Part shown: one piece after another, positions 25,430 to 39,341 of the stretch
Layout: each line of letters starts with the position of its first letter
Position numbering within the stretch: position 1 is the stretch's first letter
Assembly: GCA_964016885.1 (NCBI GenBank)
Contig: OZ024741.1
Span: 108,190,001-108,254,000, forward strand
DNA length: 64,000 nt
Origin: Eledone cirrhosa
Taxonomy: Eukaryota
Direction of reading: 5' to 3'
Notes under the pieces: generated by a model
What the model saw: the letters and a program-made list of their open reading frames with translations, nothing else
Database searches by the model: none
Told to the model about the DNA's origin: nothing
Made by a program: the position numbers and the translations under genes

Positions 25430-26723
25430 CACATTATATTGTGTTACAAGTAAATCCTTTTTACATAATGTTATATATGTATGCTTAATTTTAAATACAG
25501 TCTATTTTCCTATAATACATGAAAGGTCTCATTAGATTGTTATCTATCCATTACTGGACAAGATATAAGTTATGGAAACATGTATAGCTGTTTACATGTC
25601 CAATTAGTTAAATCCCTTGTGTTAATAATATACATTATACTGTGTTATAGGGCGGTGGATTGGCAGTATCGGTAGAGGCTCGGACGCCATGCTTTCCAGC
25701 ATAGTTAAGTCCCTTTACGATCTGAGTTCAAATCCCGCCGAGGTTGACTTTGCCTTTCATCCTTACGGGGGTCGATAAAATAAAGTACCAGTAATACACT
25801 GGGTAATTGCTGGCCTGGTGCCTAAAGTAGAAACAATTATACTGTGTTAAAAGTTAATCCCTTATATACAATGCTATTAATTTATATAGTTAATTATAAA
25901 TGTATATATAATTTATTATATATACATATATATATTAGATATATTATATATATATATATATTATATATATATATTATATATATATAATATATATATATTA
26001 TATATATATATAGTATATATATATATTATATATATATATTATATATATATATTATATATTATATATTATATATTATATATTATCGTACAAACCACCGAAT
26101 AAATTGTGTAACCACTGTCTTCTAGGGACCTCCTAAATAGAAAATCAGAGGTATTTGCCTCATGCCAGCACCACTACCGACACTCGTTCCATAACTTTAA
26201 ACCTAGCTGCTAGTATATAACAATGTCAGATTTGAATTCGTCACCACCATTAACACTTGACATCTAGGATTTATCAGCCCCCACATCATCACACTCTTTG
26301 ATCAGCTCTTTCCTCTACACAACTCATATTTATCTCTAACCTTATACTCTACAATAACTATTAGAAATAAACATAAAGTTACCACCTTTTTAATATAAAT
26401 ACTCTAGCTTACTTATATTATATACTGGATATAATGGATATATAATATGTAGAGACATTTAATGTAATATGTAATAATAAAATATACATACATTTATAAT
26501 TAACTATATAAATTAATAGCATTGTATATAAGGGATTAACTTTTAACTCAATATAATGTATATTATTAACACAATTTATTTAACGTATTGGTCATATAAA
26601 CAGCTATACATTTTTCCGTAACTTATATCTTGTCCAGTAATGGATAGATAACAATCTAATGAGACCTTTCATGTATTATAGGAAAATAGACTGTATTTAA
26701 AATTAAGTATAAATATATAACAT
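25430..26723. repeat. Family C, inverted pair of AT-rich ~240-bp segments
   Basis: About 25466-25905 (without the SINE) is the reverse complement of about 26488-26723. Confidence 0.75.
25648..25835 (+). mobile_element. Full-length tRNA-type SINE with 14-bp TSD
   Basis: TSD ATTATACTGTGTTA at 25634-25647 and 25836-25849; A box TGGCAGTATCGG; B box GAGTTCAAATCC. Confidence 0.92.
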
Positions 26724-26970
26724 CATTAGACTATTCTCATGTATTGTATATATATAACAATTATTAGACTATTCTCATGTATTGTCTGTCGCATGTATCC
26801 CACTCTGTGCTTTTAATTTTAATTTGAATTATTGTACAATTCTCGTATAATATATGTCGCATCCATTACACCCCGTAAATACTAAACTGTTGTTCACAAC
26901 ATCAATATATATGTATCTATATGATTGTTCCGTTGAATAGGAGGTTAATTATATGTACAAACATTGCTAA

Positions 26971-27017
26971 TGCTCCGAACACTCCAAACGAAAGTTTGGA
27001 AGAAACGTTTGTCAGCA
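26971..27017 (+). ncRNA. Hammerhead motif with decayed core (CCGAACA) in a solo PLE terminal repeat
   Basis: TGCT-CCGAACA-C-TCCAAAC GAAA GTTTGGA-A-GAAA-CGTTTG-TC-AGCA; homologous to 32362-32408. Confidence 0.6.
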
Positions 27018-27190
27018 ATTAAATGATTTCAACATAACTTTGTTAATTGTGTAATTTATATTCCTGCTCAGTAAAACACCCGATGTTCTTACATTGAGCT
27101 ATTTCTCTTACTGGTAATACGGTAGTAAGAAATTACTGACCTTTCCTGTTTATACTTGTTTATAGTATATACATAACTATAAATAGTATC

Positions 27191-27281
<91 letters not shown>

Positions 27282-27419
27282 TAGAAAGTGAAGTTTTTTT
27301 TTACAAAATGAGAAATCACCGAGGTGTCCTACACGAGTGAAAGTATAAAGAAAAAAAGATGAAATCGAAAATGCAACTGGAGTCTTATTTTAAAAAATAT
27401 ATATATATTTATTTGGTTC

Positions 27420-27455
27420 CTTTACCGGTTTCGCAGTTCTTCTGCTTTTCAAAAG
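27420..27455 (-). ncRNA. Minimal hammerhead, U3-A8 variant
   Basis: CTT-TTGAAAA-GCAG AAGAA CTGC-GAA-ACCGGT-A-AAG. Confidence 0.65.
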
Positions 27456-28093
27456 TACAGTTGAGATGGAGGGTCTGTGGTTTTTCTCACATCTGGTTGG
27501 TCTCTGAGTGTTACTTGTTTTATATGGAAAAAGTGGCTCGAAATGCCAGGTTTTTCGAGAAGTAATTTGATTGGTTGGTCAATAATTATAATAAATTTCG
27601 CGCCAGTTCGCGTTACAAAGTTCTTCAAACATATTCACTAACCATATTCACTGAACCAGAACAATTCTCCCGTCCCATTTCTCTTGACCATTATCTTTTA
27701 CTTAACATAAAATTCTCGAAAAAGGCTACAGAATGGATTTCCAAATAAGGGCGCGAAAATTTAATGAAAACTTGTTCACGTGACAGCCATAATTTCATTT
27801 ATAACCAATCAAATTACGTTTATTAAAAAAAAGCCTTCGTGAGCCGCCTTTTTTTAAAGTAAAAAGAAATTCAAACACTCATATATGAAAAAACAACCTG
27901 TGACCCCCCCCCCCCCCTTGTTTGAAGAACTTTGTAACGCGAATTGGCGCGAAATTTATTATAATTATTGACCAACCAATCAAATTACTTCTCGAAAAAC
28001 CTGGCATTCGAGCCACTTTTCCATATAAAACAAGTAACATTCAGAGACTAACCAGATGTGAGAAAAACCACAGACCATCCCATCTCAACTCTA

Positions 28094-28129
28094 CTTTTGA
28101 AAAGCAGAAGAACTGCGAAACGGGTAAAG
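28094..28129 (+). ncRNA. Minimal hammerhead, U3-A8 variant
   Basis: Inverted copy; stem III is ACGGGT (palindrome broken). Confidence 0.6.
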
Positions 28130-28315
28130 GAACCAAATAAATATATATATATTTTTAAAAATAAGACTCCATTTGCATTTTCGATTTCATCTTTTTTTCT
28201 TTATAATATATATATATAGATATATATGTATTAAAAGTGACGAAGGCGCTGTGTGGTTACTAATAATTATTGTTTAGAAAACGTAAGAGAAACACAAACA
28301 TAAGGACAATTCGCG

Positions 28316-28381
28316 CTCTTCGGTTGTCTGCTGTGGGTCGCTGATGTTTTGACGCATTAAAGACAGTACATCTCACCACAG
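28316..28381 (-). ncRNA. Rearranged (pseudoknot/k-turn) hammerhead-like motif, decayed core
   Basis: CTGTGG-TGA-GATG-TA-CTGTCT-ttaatgcgtc-AAAA-CATC-AGC-GAC-CCACAG-c-AGACAA-CCGAAGA-G. Confidence 0.6.
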
Positions 28382-28523
28382 TGCGTTACTAACTAAGAAG
28401 AATTAGGGAAGAAAATAACGATAGCGAAGAGAACGACAGAAAAAAAACATAAACAAAACAAAAACATACCGATAGAGATTGGGAAATACGATACAGAAGT
28501 ACACGTAAGTTGCAGTAACCGAT

Positions 28524-28625
<102 letters not shown>

Positions 28626-29120
28626 GGGGGGGGGGGGGGTAAAAAGAATCCGAACGTAAGACCTGAATCTGTATTAACAGCACGAGAGTGTGCGAAGAGA
28701 AAAACGTTTGATCTTAGCGAGAACAGGCGCAAAGAGGCAGAGTCGAAGGAAAACGGAAGTGAGATGGGGGATGGTGGAAGTAGTAAGGGAGCAGCGAGAG
28801 AGAGAGAGAGAGAAAGTAGATAGATGGTAACAAATAAAGAAAATAATTAAGTTGGAGAGAGAGGGGGGGGGGAATAAGCGAGGAGAAGAGAGAGAGAGGT
28901 AGAGAAAGAAAGAGGGAGTAATGAGGAAGGAAAAGAGTTAATCTAAAATGGCAGAACTTAAGTCCAAAACCAGAATTGACCATAACAACTGAGATAGGGA
29001 GAATAGAACGGAGGTCACCGCAATAAATTTATATGAATTAAAATTAACAAAGGTGCTGTGTGGTTACTAATAAATATTGTTTAGAAAACGTAAGAGAAAC
29101 AAACATAAGGAGAATTGTGA

Positions 29121-29177
29121 CTCTTCAGCTGTCTGATGTGGGTTACTGATGTTTCGACGCATTAGAGACAGTACATC
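29121..29177 (-). ncRNA. Rearranged hammerhead-like motif, intact core
   Basis: GATG-TA-CTGTCT-ctaatgcgtC-GAAA-CATC-13nt-AGACAG-CTGAAGA-G. Confidence 0.72.
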
Positions 29178-29539
29178 TGGTTTAAGCAATGTTGGCATGA
29201 TTCTTTCTTCAAGTGAGAACATTTATTATTTGTCGTTCTCTATTCATATGTTTAATACTAGTTGTTTCTTAACTAGGTATATGAAATAAATGTTTATATA
29301 TCGTTTAAATTTGTAAAAATTTTGCTCCGAACTTAATATTCATTGAGTTATCTTTGAGTAGCATAAGCAATATCTATTTTATATGTGTAGATTTCACTTA
29401 TTTATAGTATATATATATATATATATATATCACGATAGATTAACGGAGCCATAGACTCTCGCTATTCCCTGTCAATAATGTGCTCAAAGGAGAAGGAATC
29501 CTGAGCTCTTTAAAATACAATACTGTTTTATTGATGGCG

Positions 29540-31025
29540 CACTATCTCTCTCTAGTTTGTTACCTTTTCATCCCCACCCCCCACCCCTCTACCTCGCACA
29601 CACCCACCTGAACATATATACACGCACTCACACCATCCACCAACCCTACTACCACCCACTAACCCTCACCCACACACATCCACTCCGATCAACCCCACAA
29701 CTAACATCATTAACTTCCCCTCGCACACGAACACACACCATCACACACACACACACACACACACACACCTATGTACACCACCCATTCCACACACCCAACC
29801 ACCACTAACCCCCACTTACACACCCGCTTTCCACCCTTTCCCCCATCACATGTAATACTAACACCCACTAACACCCCCTTTACCATACACACACTCATCC
29901 AAACACGCACGCACACACCAGTACACTACACTCATTCCTCGTCCCCAACACCTCTTCTCTGCCCCTCTCTCTCTCTCCCTCTCCCGGCTCCACCCACACC
30001 CATTCACGCACACACATCCCACTAACACCTCTACTATTTTACACCCCATCGCCCCCACTTCACCACCTTCCTCCTCCACCCCTTCACACCTACCCATCCC
30101 CTCCCCTGTCCATCGCACCTTCGCACACAGTCACACACACAGTCTTCACCTCACTCCAACTGTCATCCCACTCTACTGCTATCTCTACACCCTGTATTGA
30201 CCCTCTGACCAGTTCCTGTTGCGCGCGCACCCCATTTCCCTCCACTTCCTACCACCACCAACAATTGGATTCTACACCTTCAGTCATCTCTCCAACCATC
30301 CACTCCATATCTTGAAAAATATCCAGCAACTCTCCACACATCTGACGGAACTACCTCAGGACCTTACCCACGAACATACACTCACACATTTTGTTCGCAC
30401 CACGCTACCCACATCCACACCACATATAAACACAAACACACACTGTGCGTACCCCCACATATACACAACCCTCCGGAATCCACACGTCACCTCCCCCACC
30501 CCATGACCCCTATCCTTCCACACGCACGCACGCACCGACTTACACCCCACCTCACGCACACACCGACTTACACCCCACCTCACGCACACACCTGTTCCTG
30601 AACATGGAACCTCGTTCTTCCTCAAACTCTCACATACACACGCACACACATTCACGTACACTTACACACATACACAAACACCCACCTCTCAGCCTTCCTC
30701 GCTTTAAGCTACCCCGCCTCCCTCTCCCAACTCCACCCGCCACCACCCCTTACACGCGCCTCACACCCTTTCCACCACTTGTCCATCTTATTGTTTACTC
30801 TCATGTTTATTTTTACGTTTACGTTTATTTTTATTTTTATTTGTTCTCCTCCCCCCTTTTTTTCTAAATGTATTTCCACACACCCTCAGAACTCTCTTCC
30901 TAATCTATTTACTCCTGAAGAAGAGCCTATGCCGAAACGTCCCCCCCCCCCCGCTCTCAAAAGCGTGAACCTAATAAACCTTTATTTGTCTGCCTCTCCG
31001 TTTTGTTCACGCATAAATTTGCACT
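29540..31025 (+). mobile_element. C/A-rich PLE-like 3' UTR/terminal repeat
   Basis: Low-complexity C/A tract ending in a hammerhead core (30911-30941) and AATAAA, next to (TA)n. Confidence 0.5.
30911..30941 (+). ncRNA. Partial hammerhead motif
   Basis: ACTC-CTGAAGA-agagcctatgcc-GAA-ACGT-C, then poly-C instead of the stem I partner. Confidence 0.5.
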
Positions 31026-31626
<601 letters not shown>

Positions 31627-32243
31627 TGTGTAGACAAGCGCTCTATGGATATGAAGAAGATACCAGAGCTATAAACATAAGTTAAAATGGTCATACAAAC
31701 TGAGACGATGGTTAAGAAGCCATTAGCCACCAGAGCCAAAAAAGAGAGCAAGCTAAACGGGTCAAACAAAATAAGATATGATTGAAATAGTTACCTGGAC
31801 CCTCAGGGAAGATGGAATACTCCGAAATTGGGTTTCTGCAACACCTAAATCAATAATACTGTCTGCTTATAAAAAATAAGCTTTTGGTATAATGATCGAA
31901 CAATGCATCTCTTTCTCAACAGGCATTTTGTTCTTTGTGGTCCAGAATCTCACAGGTTATGAAAGCACATGTGAGGTTCTAAAGGGAGAAAACCCCTATT
32001 TTGGCCAGTGGATTCAGCGTGTGTAGTTATTGCAAAAATTTGCAAAAATAGCACAAAACGAATAAAGCTCTCTACGGAGTTGTTTTTAAAATAAACTTAA
32101 GCGATTTATCAGTCAATAGAATTAAACTGGTTAATCGCTTGACAAATATAAATTTAGCGAGAATCGCATTTCGGCGAGTAGAAATTAGCGAAACGCAACT
32201 TCCGTAATGTGTAGACAAGCGCTCCATGGATATGAAGAAGATA

Positions 32244-32246
<3 letters not shown>
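31627..32246. mobile_element. Family B, terminally redundant 581-bp unit, opposite orientation to 23244
   Basis: ~40-bp direct repeat (TAGAC at 31631 and 32212); shares ACTGAGACGATGGTTAA, TCGCATTTCGGC and ATCAGTCAATAGAAT with the reverse complement of 23244-23948. Confidence 0.75.
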
Positions 32247-32312
<66 letters not shown>

Positions 32313-32361
32313 ATGAAATATATGAAATATAAGAATCAAAGAACTGTTCAAAATATTATTG

Positions 32362-32408
32362 TGCTTACAGCTGTTTCCTCCAAACTGAGGTTTGGATTCT
32401 TCGGAGCA
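32362..32408 (-). ncRNA. Minimal hammerhead, U4C variant
   Basis: TGCT-CCGAAGA-A-TCCAAAC CTCA GTTTGGA-G-GAA-ACAGCTGT-A-AGCA. Confidence 0.75.
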
Positions 32409-33851
32409 ATGTATTAATGAATGGACAGTTATATGACCTCCTTTTCAGCCAAGAGACATACCGATACATATGCAAATATTGTGGGTCAACATTCATTACA
32501 GAATTTAGAGTGGCAGTACACACTTCGAGATTACATTCATATTAAAAGGTACAATCAAAAATCAAAAATACAGGTTAAAATACAACATGAAGATAAGCGG
32601 TTATATAGTGCAAATGTTATATGTGTGGCAAGCACGTGCGTCTTGTTGATATAGTGTGGCAGAGAGATGCGTGTAGTAGAGGCACTTAAGCAGGTAAACA
32701 AGAGTGTTAGGTGGTTGATCTGGTGGCAAATTCTTTATATGATTGTTATAGTCTGTGTGTGGAGAAATGATATAAGCATTAAACTTAGTGCAAGCATTAA
32801 AAATATTAAAAGTATTGGAGATGCACAGCGAAGAGATGACAAGTACTTCATGTACTTCGACATTTTCATGGTCAGGGGAGTGTATTTTTCGATTATATGC
32901 CCCTCACATAATCCACGACAATTCGATATTGAACGTTTGACAATCCAGTTAGAGAATCGTAGTTTGATGTTCTTTAGTTCAATACAGGAGGCTGTTACGT
33001 TTCGAGAAACGACATTGAATACCACCCGGAAGTGTGTGTGTGGCTAAGGGGAGTTAATGCATTAGGGGAGGTAACTCCGGGGTTTCTATACCTAGCTATT
33101 GAAATGTGTCTCAATATAGACCCTAATTTCTATGGTTATGCGCAACTTCCAAAAAATTTCTAAAGCATAAAGAGTTTTAACTATAGAGTAGTTTAATTAA
33201 GTTGTGCTGAAGGTGTTCGTATTATTATGGTGAAATAACCCTCATCGTAGGGTGCCATAAATGAATATTATAGACAATGAGCGAGGATTCTAAATTAATG
33301 ATCTCTGTGGTTGTAATCTACTCTTAGGACCCGGTGCGGTGATTGCAGAATCATTTCAAGACACAATGATCTCTGGTAAGTTCTGGGTCATCGCTTGCTA
33401 CATTGGATGTCGAAAGATAATCATCACCAGGTCCGGCCAGAGGTCAATCCGCAGTCCTCACGACCCCTCTCTGACCGCCAAATCATCCATATATGTACAA
33501 CCCGCACGTCAGTTGCAATACATTCATTCTCTGCGCTCAGCGTCCTGGTCCTACTGCTCAACAGCGTTACTAGATTAAATCGTTTTTCATCTGTCTAAGG
33601 AAGGCACTTCCTCCGCACAACACTACCAAACCAATCAATTCATGCTCAAATTACCTATAGAGCGGTGTAGTGTAGTTCAAGTGGGTGGATGTTGTCACAC
33701 CTGACGTAGAGGTATAAATGGGTATTTTCCCTGCGGAGGGTTCTAGAGGGATGTCGTTGTTTGTGTTATATTAGATCAGTTAGTGTTGGGTATGTGGTAT
33801 AAGGTGTGCCCCTGGTGTTTGATGCTAGATGTGGTGTTTGGTTCGACATTG

Positions 33852-35410
33852 CTATATATTGGGCTTAAAGTTTTGGAAGGAATGTCTGAAGCGGTGCTGG
33901 CAAGTTGCAAACACCTCAGATTTTTTGTTAAGTAGGTTACGGTTGGAGAAGATAATATTGTGGGTCTCTAGTATACAGAGGTTACAAAATTTATTAGGTG
34001 GTTTGTACGAGGTCGCGCTGCCTATCAATTCCCATTTGAGTGTGTATGGTTTATTTTTAGTTTTTAGATAGTGTATGTAACTAGAAAGTGAGGTGGAGTT
34101 GGCTAGGCTGTGCTTTTTGAACGAGTGGATGTGCGAATTATATCTGATTTTGAAGCAGTTAGAAGTGGAGCCTACATAGGTTTCTGAAGAGTTGCTAGTT
34201 GTGACGGTGCATGAGTATATGATATCCTTGGTTAGGCATTTTTTATCTAAAGGGCAGGTTCTATTAGCTCTACAGTTACAATTATCCTGTGTGTTAGTCT
34301 GCTGGTTATAATGCAGTGCTGAAGTCTGGGTGGTAGCTATAGGATTTTGGACATTCGGGTTGTCAACCCCGGTGTTATTTTTTATACTAGTGTTATTACT
34401 ATTGTTACTGCCGTTACTATGGTTGCTTGCTACGGAGGTATTTAGAAGGTTTGCATCCTGTTGTGATTTTGTTTGTTGGAAGTAAGAATTAATTTTACTG
34501 TTATTGCTGCTCGCTATGTGGCGTCGCTATGTTATTGCTGCTCGCTAAGTTAGGCGTCGTAGAGTATGAGATTTTAATAGTGTTTTTGTTTAAAAGGTTG
34601 TGGTACTTGTGTCCTAGAGGGAAGTTTTTATCTAGTAGTGAGAAGAAAGCCCTAGGTATGTTGGTGGAGACATTTAGGTTGAAAGGAGGGTTGAAAAATG
34701 TATTATTTCTTCTTCTATTTTTGTTTTTAGTGTTTGGTGTGTTGTTTCTTCCTAAGGCACCACAGTAGTTTCCATGGTAATGGTTACTTCCGGTGGCACC
34801 CTCCGCTTTGGTGTACTTGTGGTTGCTATTCATATTATTAGGTTTCCTCATGGACATGTTGTGCGAGATGATGTTGTAGCTATGTGTTTTCTTAGGTAGG
34901 AACTCGATTTCTATATTATGGCCGGATCTAGCTAATGCTTGATTGTAATATTGTGAGTTTTTGCTAAATATGTTTGCGTCATAGGACAGAATAGAGATTC
35001 TATTGGACACCCCCTTAGAGATAGAGTTTAATATTGATCTAGGATGATTAGACTTGGTATCTACGTAAATGAGTTTTTCGTTAGGCTTATGGAAAGGTGT
35101 ATATATTTTTGAGTCTAGGTATAGTGTGGCGTCTAGGAAGTTAACATTTTTAGTGTTTTTGTCCATGGTGATACTAAGGTTAACATTTTTGAATGTCTTA
35201 TGCAATTGTATTCTAGTTCTTTCTATATTAAATTTGTTATATTCTATAAGTAGAAGTGCATCATCGCGGTACAAACCACCGTTGAGGTAAGGGAGATCCT
35301 TATGGATTTCATTGAGAAGGTATATGCCGACCAAATCAGTGACCTGCGCCGAGTCACTAGATCCCATGGTTATGTCGAAGTTGTTGTGCGTATCCTTGCG
35401 TGTCCATAGT
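33852..35410 (-). pseudogene. PLE RT C-half + GIY-YIG, frameshifted by a small duplication at about 34500-34560
   Basis: ORF 34501-35367 (MGSSDSAQ, GLYRDD, KSNHP). Manual translation downstream gives CNCRANRTCPLDKKC, IIY..YVG, CNLC, LLNKKSE. Confidence 0.88.
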
Positions 35411-35645
35411 TGGAGGAAACAGCTGTAAGCACAATAATGTTTTGAACAGTTCTTTGATTCTTATATTTCATATAACTGCTCTGTAAATCATCTGATGTTT
35501 TTACATTGTGCTACTTAACTTACTCGTAATAAGGTAGTAATACATTACTGCCTACCACTATTTAGGGTTTGTATAAAAAATACATATAACTGCATAAGGT
35601 TTTTGTATTTACATAACCATAAATAGTATAATTAATACTAATTAA

Positions 35646-35687
<42 letters not shown>

Positions 35688-35693
<6 letters not shown>

Positions 35694-36895
35694 ATACTTT
35701 GGGAGGGTCATGTTGCCAATAAGAAACACACACAGCAGTTGCTTACACTTCGATTTATTATAATAAATTTATAAATTTAGGAATTTATAAATTTCTGGTT
35801 GGTTGGTTGGTTCCACAACCAGATGGTTGTTTATATATTGTCAAAGTCCTTTCGTCACACATTCTGTGACCTCTTCAGTGACTGGGGATTCTTTTCTTTG
35901 TTTTTTGTGCCCCTCCTTTGTTCTGTCCTACGCCATCTTATTTTTGTGTGTGTGTTGTGTGCTTAGTTTGCGCATGTGTTACATCCGGGTGTCTGTGTGT
36001 GTTTATATTCGTTTATTTATTTGTTTATTTACATGTTACTGGTTGGTTGTTTGTTCTATGTGTGTGTGTATTTTCATTTTATCCTTAATTGTAAGTTGTG
36101 ATATTGCTGTTCCACTAATGTTTCCTATTTAATTTTGGTTGTAATTCTTTTATGCTTATTGCCTCTATGATTTGTCTAAACATTGCGTATTTTCTGTGTG
36201 TAGATTCTATTTTTATTTCTATGTTCTCTAATTTACCCTTATGTTCTATTTTGGCATGTTGGTAGAGTACAGATGATTCTTTACTATCTTGAAGGTCTCG
36301 CCAGTGTTCATTTATCCGTTCCCCTATAATACGAGCTGTCTCACCTATGTACACTATATTTTTATCTCTACATTGTCCTTCAGTACATCTTATGCTACAT
36401 TTCTAGTTTTACAGTTAATATGGGGGCTTAATTTACAGATTATACATTTCTGATCTATACAGGGAGGTATTTGAAAAGGGTATGTCTTGCTAATAAATGT
36501 TTTTATGGAGGTACCTGGTCTTTCTACTATCTTAATATTGAGTTTATGTTTATCTAGGGCCCTTCTAAATTTGAAAGCTAATTCACCTCTAGGGGTTGTA
36601 TCGATGAACATTACACTCTGGTATTTATTGCTATCATACCATGAGTTTATTATATTAGCCTTATTCCTAGTTCTTTCTATTCTATTCCAAAATGTGCTCC
36701 TATACAAGGGGCAGGTCGCATTTGTATCATTATTTACCATTTTTTCACATTTGGTTCTGGCTCCTCTATACACTCTGATTTTATCTCTCTGATTGTAACC
36801 AGAGAACTACATACGGTGGATGAAGTGTTGTATATGTCTCTCTAGTTCTTCGGGGTTGCACATGCGAAACACGTTTCTCATCACCCGTACCAAAT
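35688..36895 (-). mobile_element. PLE 3' fragment related to 6925-11340
   Basis: ORFs 36390-36773 and 36115-36354 (CPLYRS, INCKTRNV, YIGET). Confidence 0.88.
35840..35882 (-). ncRNA. Minimal hammerhead
   Basis: GTCA-CTGAAGA-G-GTCAC..GTGAC-GAAA-GGAC-TT-TGAC. Confidence 0.75.
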
Positions 36896-36907
36896 ACATA
36901 TATATAT

Positions 36908-37675
36908 AAAATAAATTAACGGAGTCATAAACTCGCGTTGGTCCCAGTAACTTATGAGCTCAGAGGAAAGAGATTCCTGGGCTCTTCAAATATAATATAT
37001 AGAAAAGAGAATACACGAAAGGGAGAGAGTGTGTGTTTATCAATGTACAGGCAAAACCATCAGTGTATGGAATCTATAAATTATGAAAGGTTAGATAGAC
37101 GCATATTAATTAAAAATATAAATCAGAATGAATTTACCCACCTCTATAACTATATATCACACAACTGCAAACTGAACGAGATTTGTTTCGCCAAAAGATA
37201 AGTCTATGGAAAGAAACACCCAGGGTCATCAGCGTGCGTGTTAAGCGCATACATTCCATACCACTATGAGAACTTAAGATAACCGTCCTGCAACACGTGG
37301 TAGAGAGACAAAAATGCATGCAAGGGACAGTAACCTAGTGGTTTTTCCTGTACATTGATAAACACACTCTCACTCTCGTGTATTATCTTTTCTATATATT
37401 ATAGTTGAAGAGCCCAGGACTCTCTTTCCTTTGAGCTCATAAATTACAGGGACCAACGCGAGTTTATGACTCCGTTAATTTATTTTGATATATTGCTCCT
37501 AATAAAAGTCTACTCTCTCTGTTTATGTAGAGGTCCCTTATTTGAGTGGTCTTAGGCTGCGCTTTCTAACGGCCCATCCCACCCAAGCCTCTAGCTTACT
37601 GTCCCTGATGGTTTTTCCCTGATTTTTTTCCCCCTGTACATTGATAAGCACACACACTCTCTCGTGTATTATCTT
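36908..37675. mobile_element. Family F: inverted arm plus partial tandem
   Basis: 36908-37060 inverted at about 37340-37487; unit restarts near 37630; a relative lies at 29435-29530. Confidence 0.7.
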
Positions 37676-37686
37676 GCCCCCCCCCC

Positions 37687-37784
<98 letters not shown>

Positions 37785-38088
37785 GAAATGTAGGCTATCG
37801 CCGTATTTTGACTAAAGAAATTAAAGAAATTATTTAGCCTGATACTGGGGTTAAGAGCCCTCGGAGAAATGGGAAAAGATGAGTATTGACGTACACGCAA
37901 AAAACGAATAGGGACACATGTATTATCCAACCATATGCCAATGTGGTTCAATGGCAGGTTAATAAATTAACGAGCCAGAACATATATACTCAAGGTTTAG
38001 CAAATAAGAAAAAGTTTCAAAATAAATTTTAAAAAATCCACTGTACTTACATGGTTACCTTTACAGAATCGGTTTCGAGTCTCAAAAG

Positions 38089-38235
<147 letters not shown>

Positions 38236-38394
38236 ATAATAATAGTAATAATAATAATAGTAATAATAATAAATTTGAAGACTAAAATCCAAAGAGGGCT
38301 CGATAAGGATAAATATATATCAAATATATAAGAACCGTATATATGTGTGTGTGTGTATATATATATACAATACAAATATATATGTGTGTGTGTG

Positions 38395-38426
<32 letters not shown>

Positions 38427-38818
38427 CGTAACTACTACGTGTATACATGCCAATGCATGTTTACTAGCAGTAGATACGTAATTACGTAATTATATATTCA
38501 ATTATGCATTGTGGAATTTTATAGTAATACACAGGATGCATTCTAAAGTCACACATTGTTGTCATTCTTTCACAGACTTTGTTTATGTAAATACGTATAC
38601 ACATATATTCTATTTAATATACGACAATGTTCTAGTTTTTTTCTTTCATTACGATGTTTTCGTATTCACACATGAGCTCCTGGCGCTATGTTTAAAGAAA
38701 TATCTTTCTTAAACACATTATCGCCGTAGTAAGCCTTTGAAGTATTCAACCTTCGGTTGAAGGAAAATTGATGTATATAACTAATTTGTTACATTATGCA
38801 CCCCCCCCCCCTCACACA

Positions 38819-38917
<99 letters not shown>

Positions 38918-39193
38918 GAGTGTGTGTGCGAGAGTACATTTGTTGAACAATGAAAACAAAAAGGATTATGTTTATGGCTTAATCGTTTCATTGCTTTACC
39001 ATCGTTTCAAAGTGTGAAATTAACTACGTTATTATCAATATATTGACTAATCAATAGGGATTACGTCTCCTCAAAACCTGAATAAAACATAAACCTCAAT
39101 AAAACATGTCTAATCTGCTGTTTATCCCCAGAGTAAAGAATATATATATATGAGACCACCCATGACCCGTTCCTTCACGTTCGCGTATAAATA

Positions 39194-39254
<61 letters not shown>

Positions 39255-39261
<7 letters not shown>

Positions 39262-39302
39262 GTATGTATGTATATATATACACATATAAATACATACATA
39301 CG

Positions 39303-39341
<39 letters not shown>

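Larger units (their letters stand above)
27343..28205. mobile_element. Family D fold-back element with ~290-bp inverted arms
   Basis: 27343-27631 vs 27918-28205; each arm has a hammerhead variant plus AATAAA. Confidence 0.85.
32304..35640 (-). mobile_element. Penelope-like element, 5'-truncated, with inverted arm
   Basis: RT and GIY-YIG on -. 35410-35473 is an inverted copy of about 32319-32382, and the arm continues to about 35640. Confidence 0.88.

Noticed and set aside
25648-25835. tRNA gene
   Set aside because: A and B boxes only, with TSD, tail and many dispersed copies, so it is a SINE.
26650-26700. CTAATGA..GGAAAA in family C
   Set aside because: Core and stems do not fit a hammerhead convincingly.
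38735-38780. TTCAACC-TTC-GGTTGAA-G-GAAA hairpin
   Set aside because: The upstream core is too degenerate and there is no stem I; at best a dead relic.
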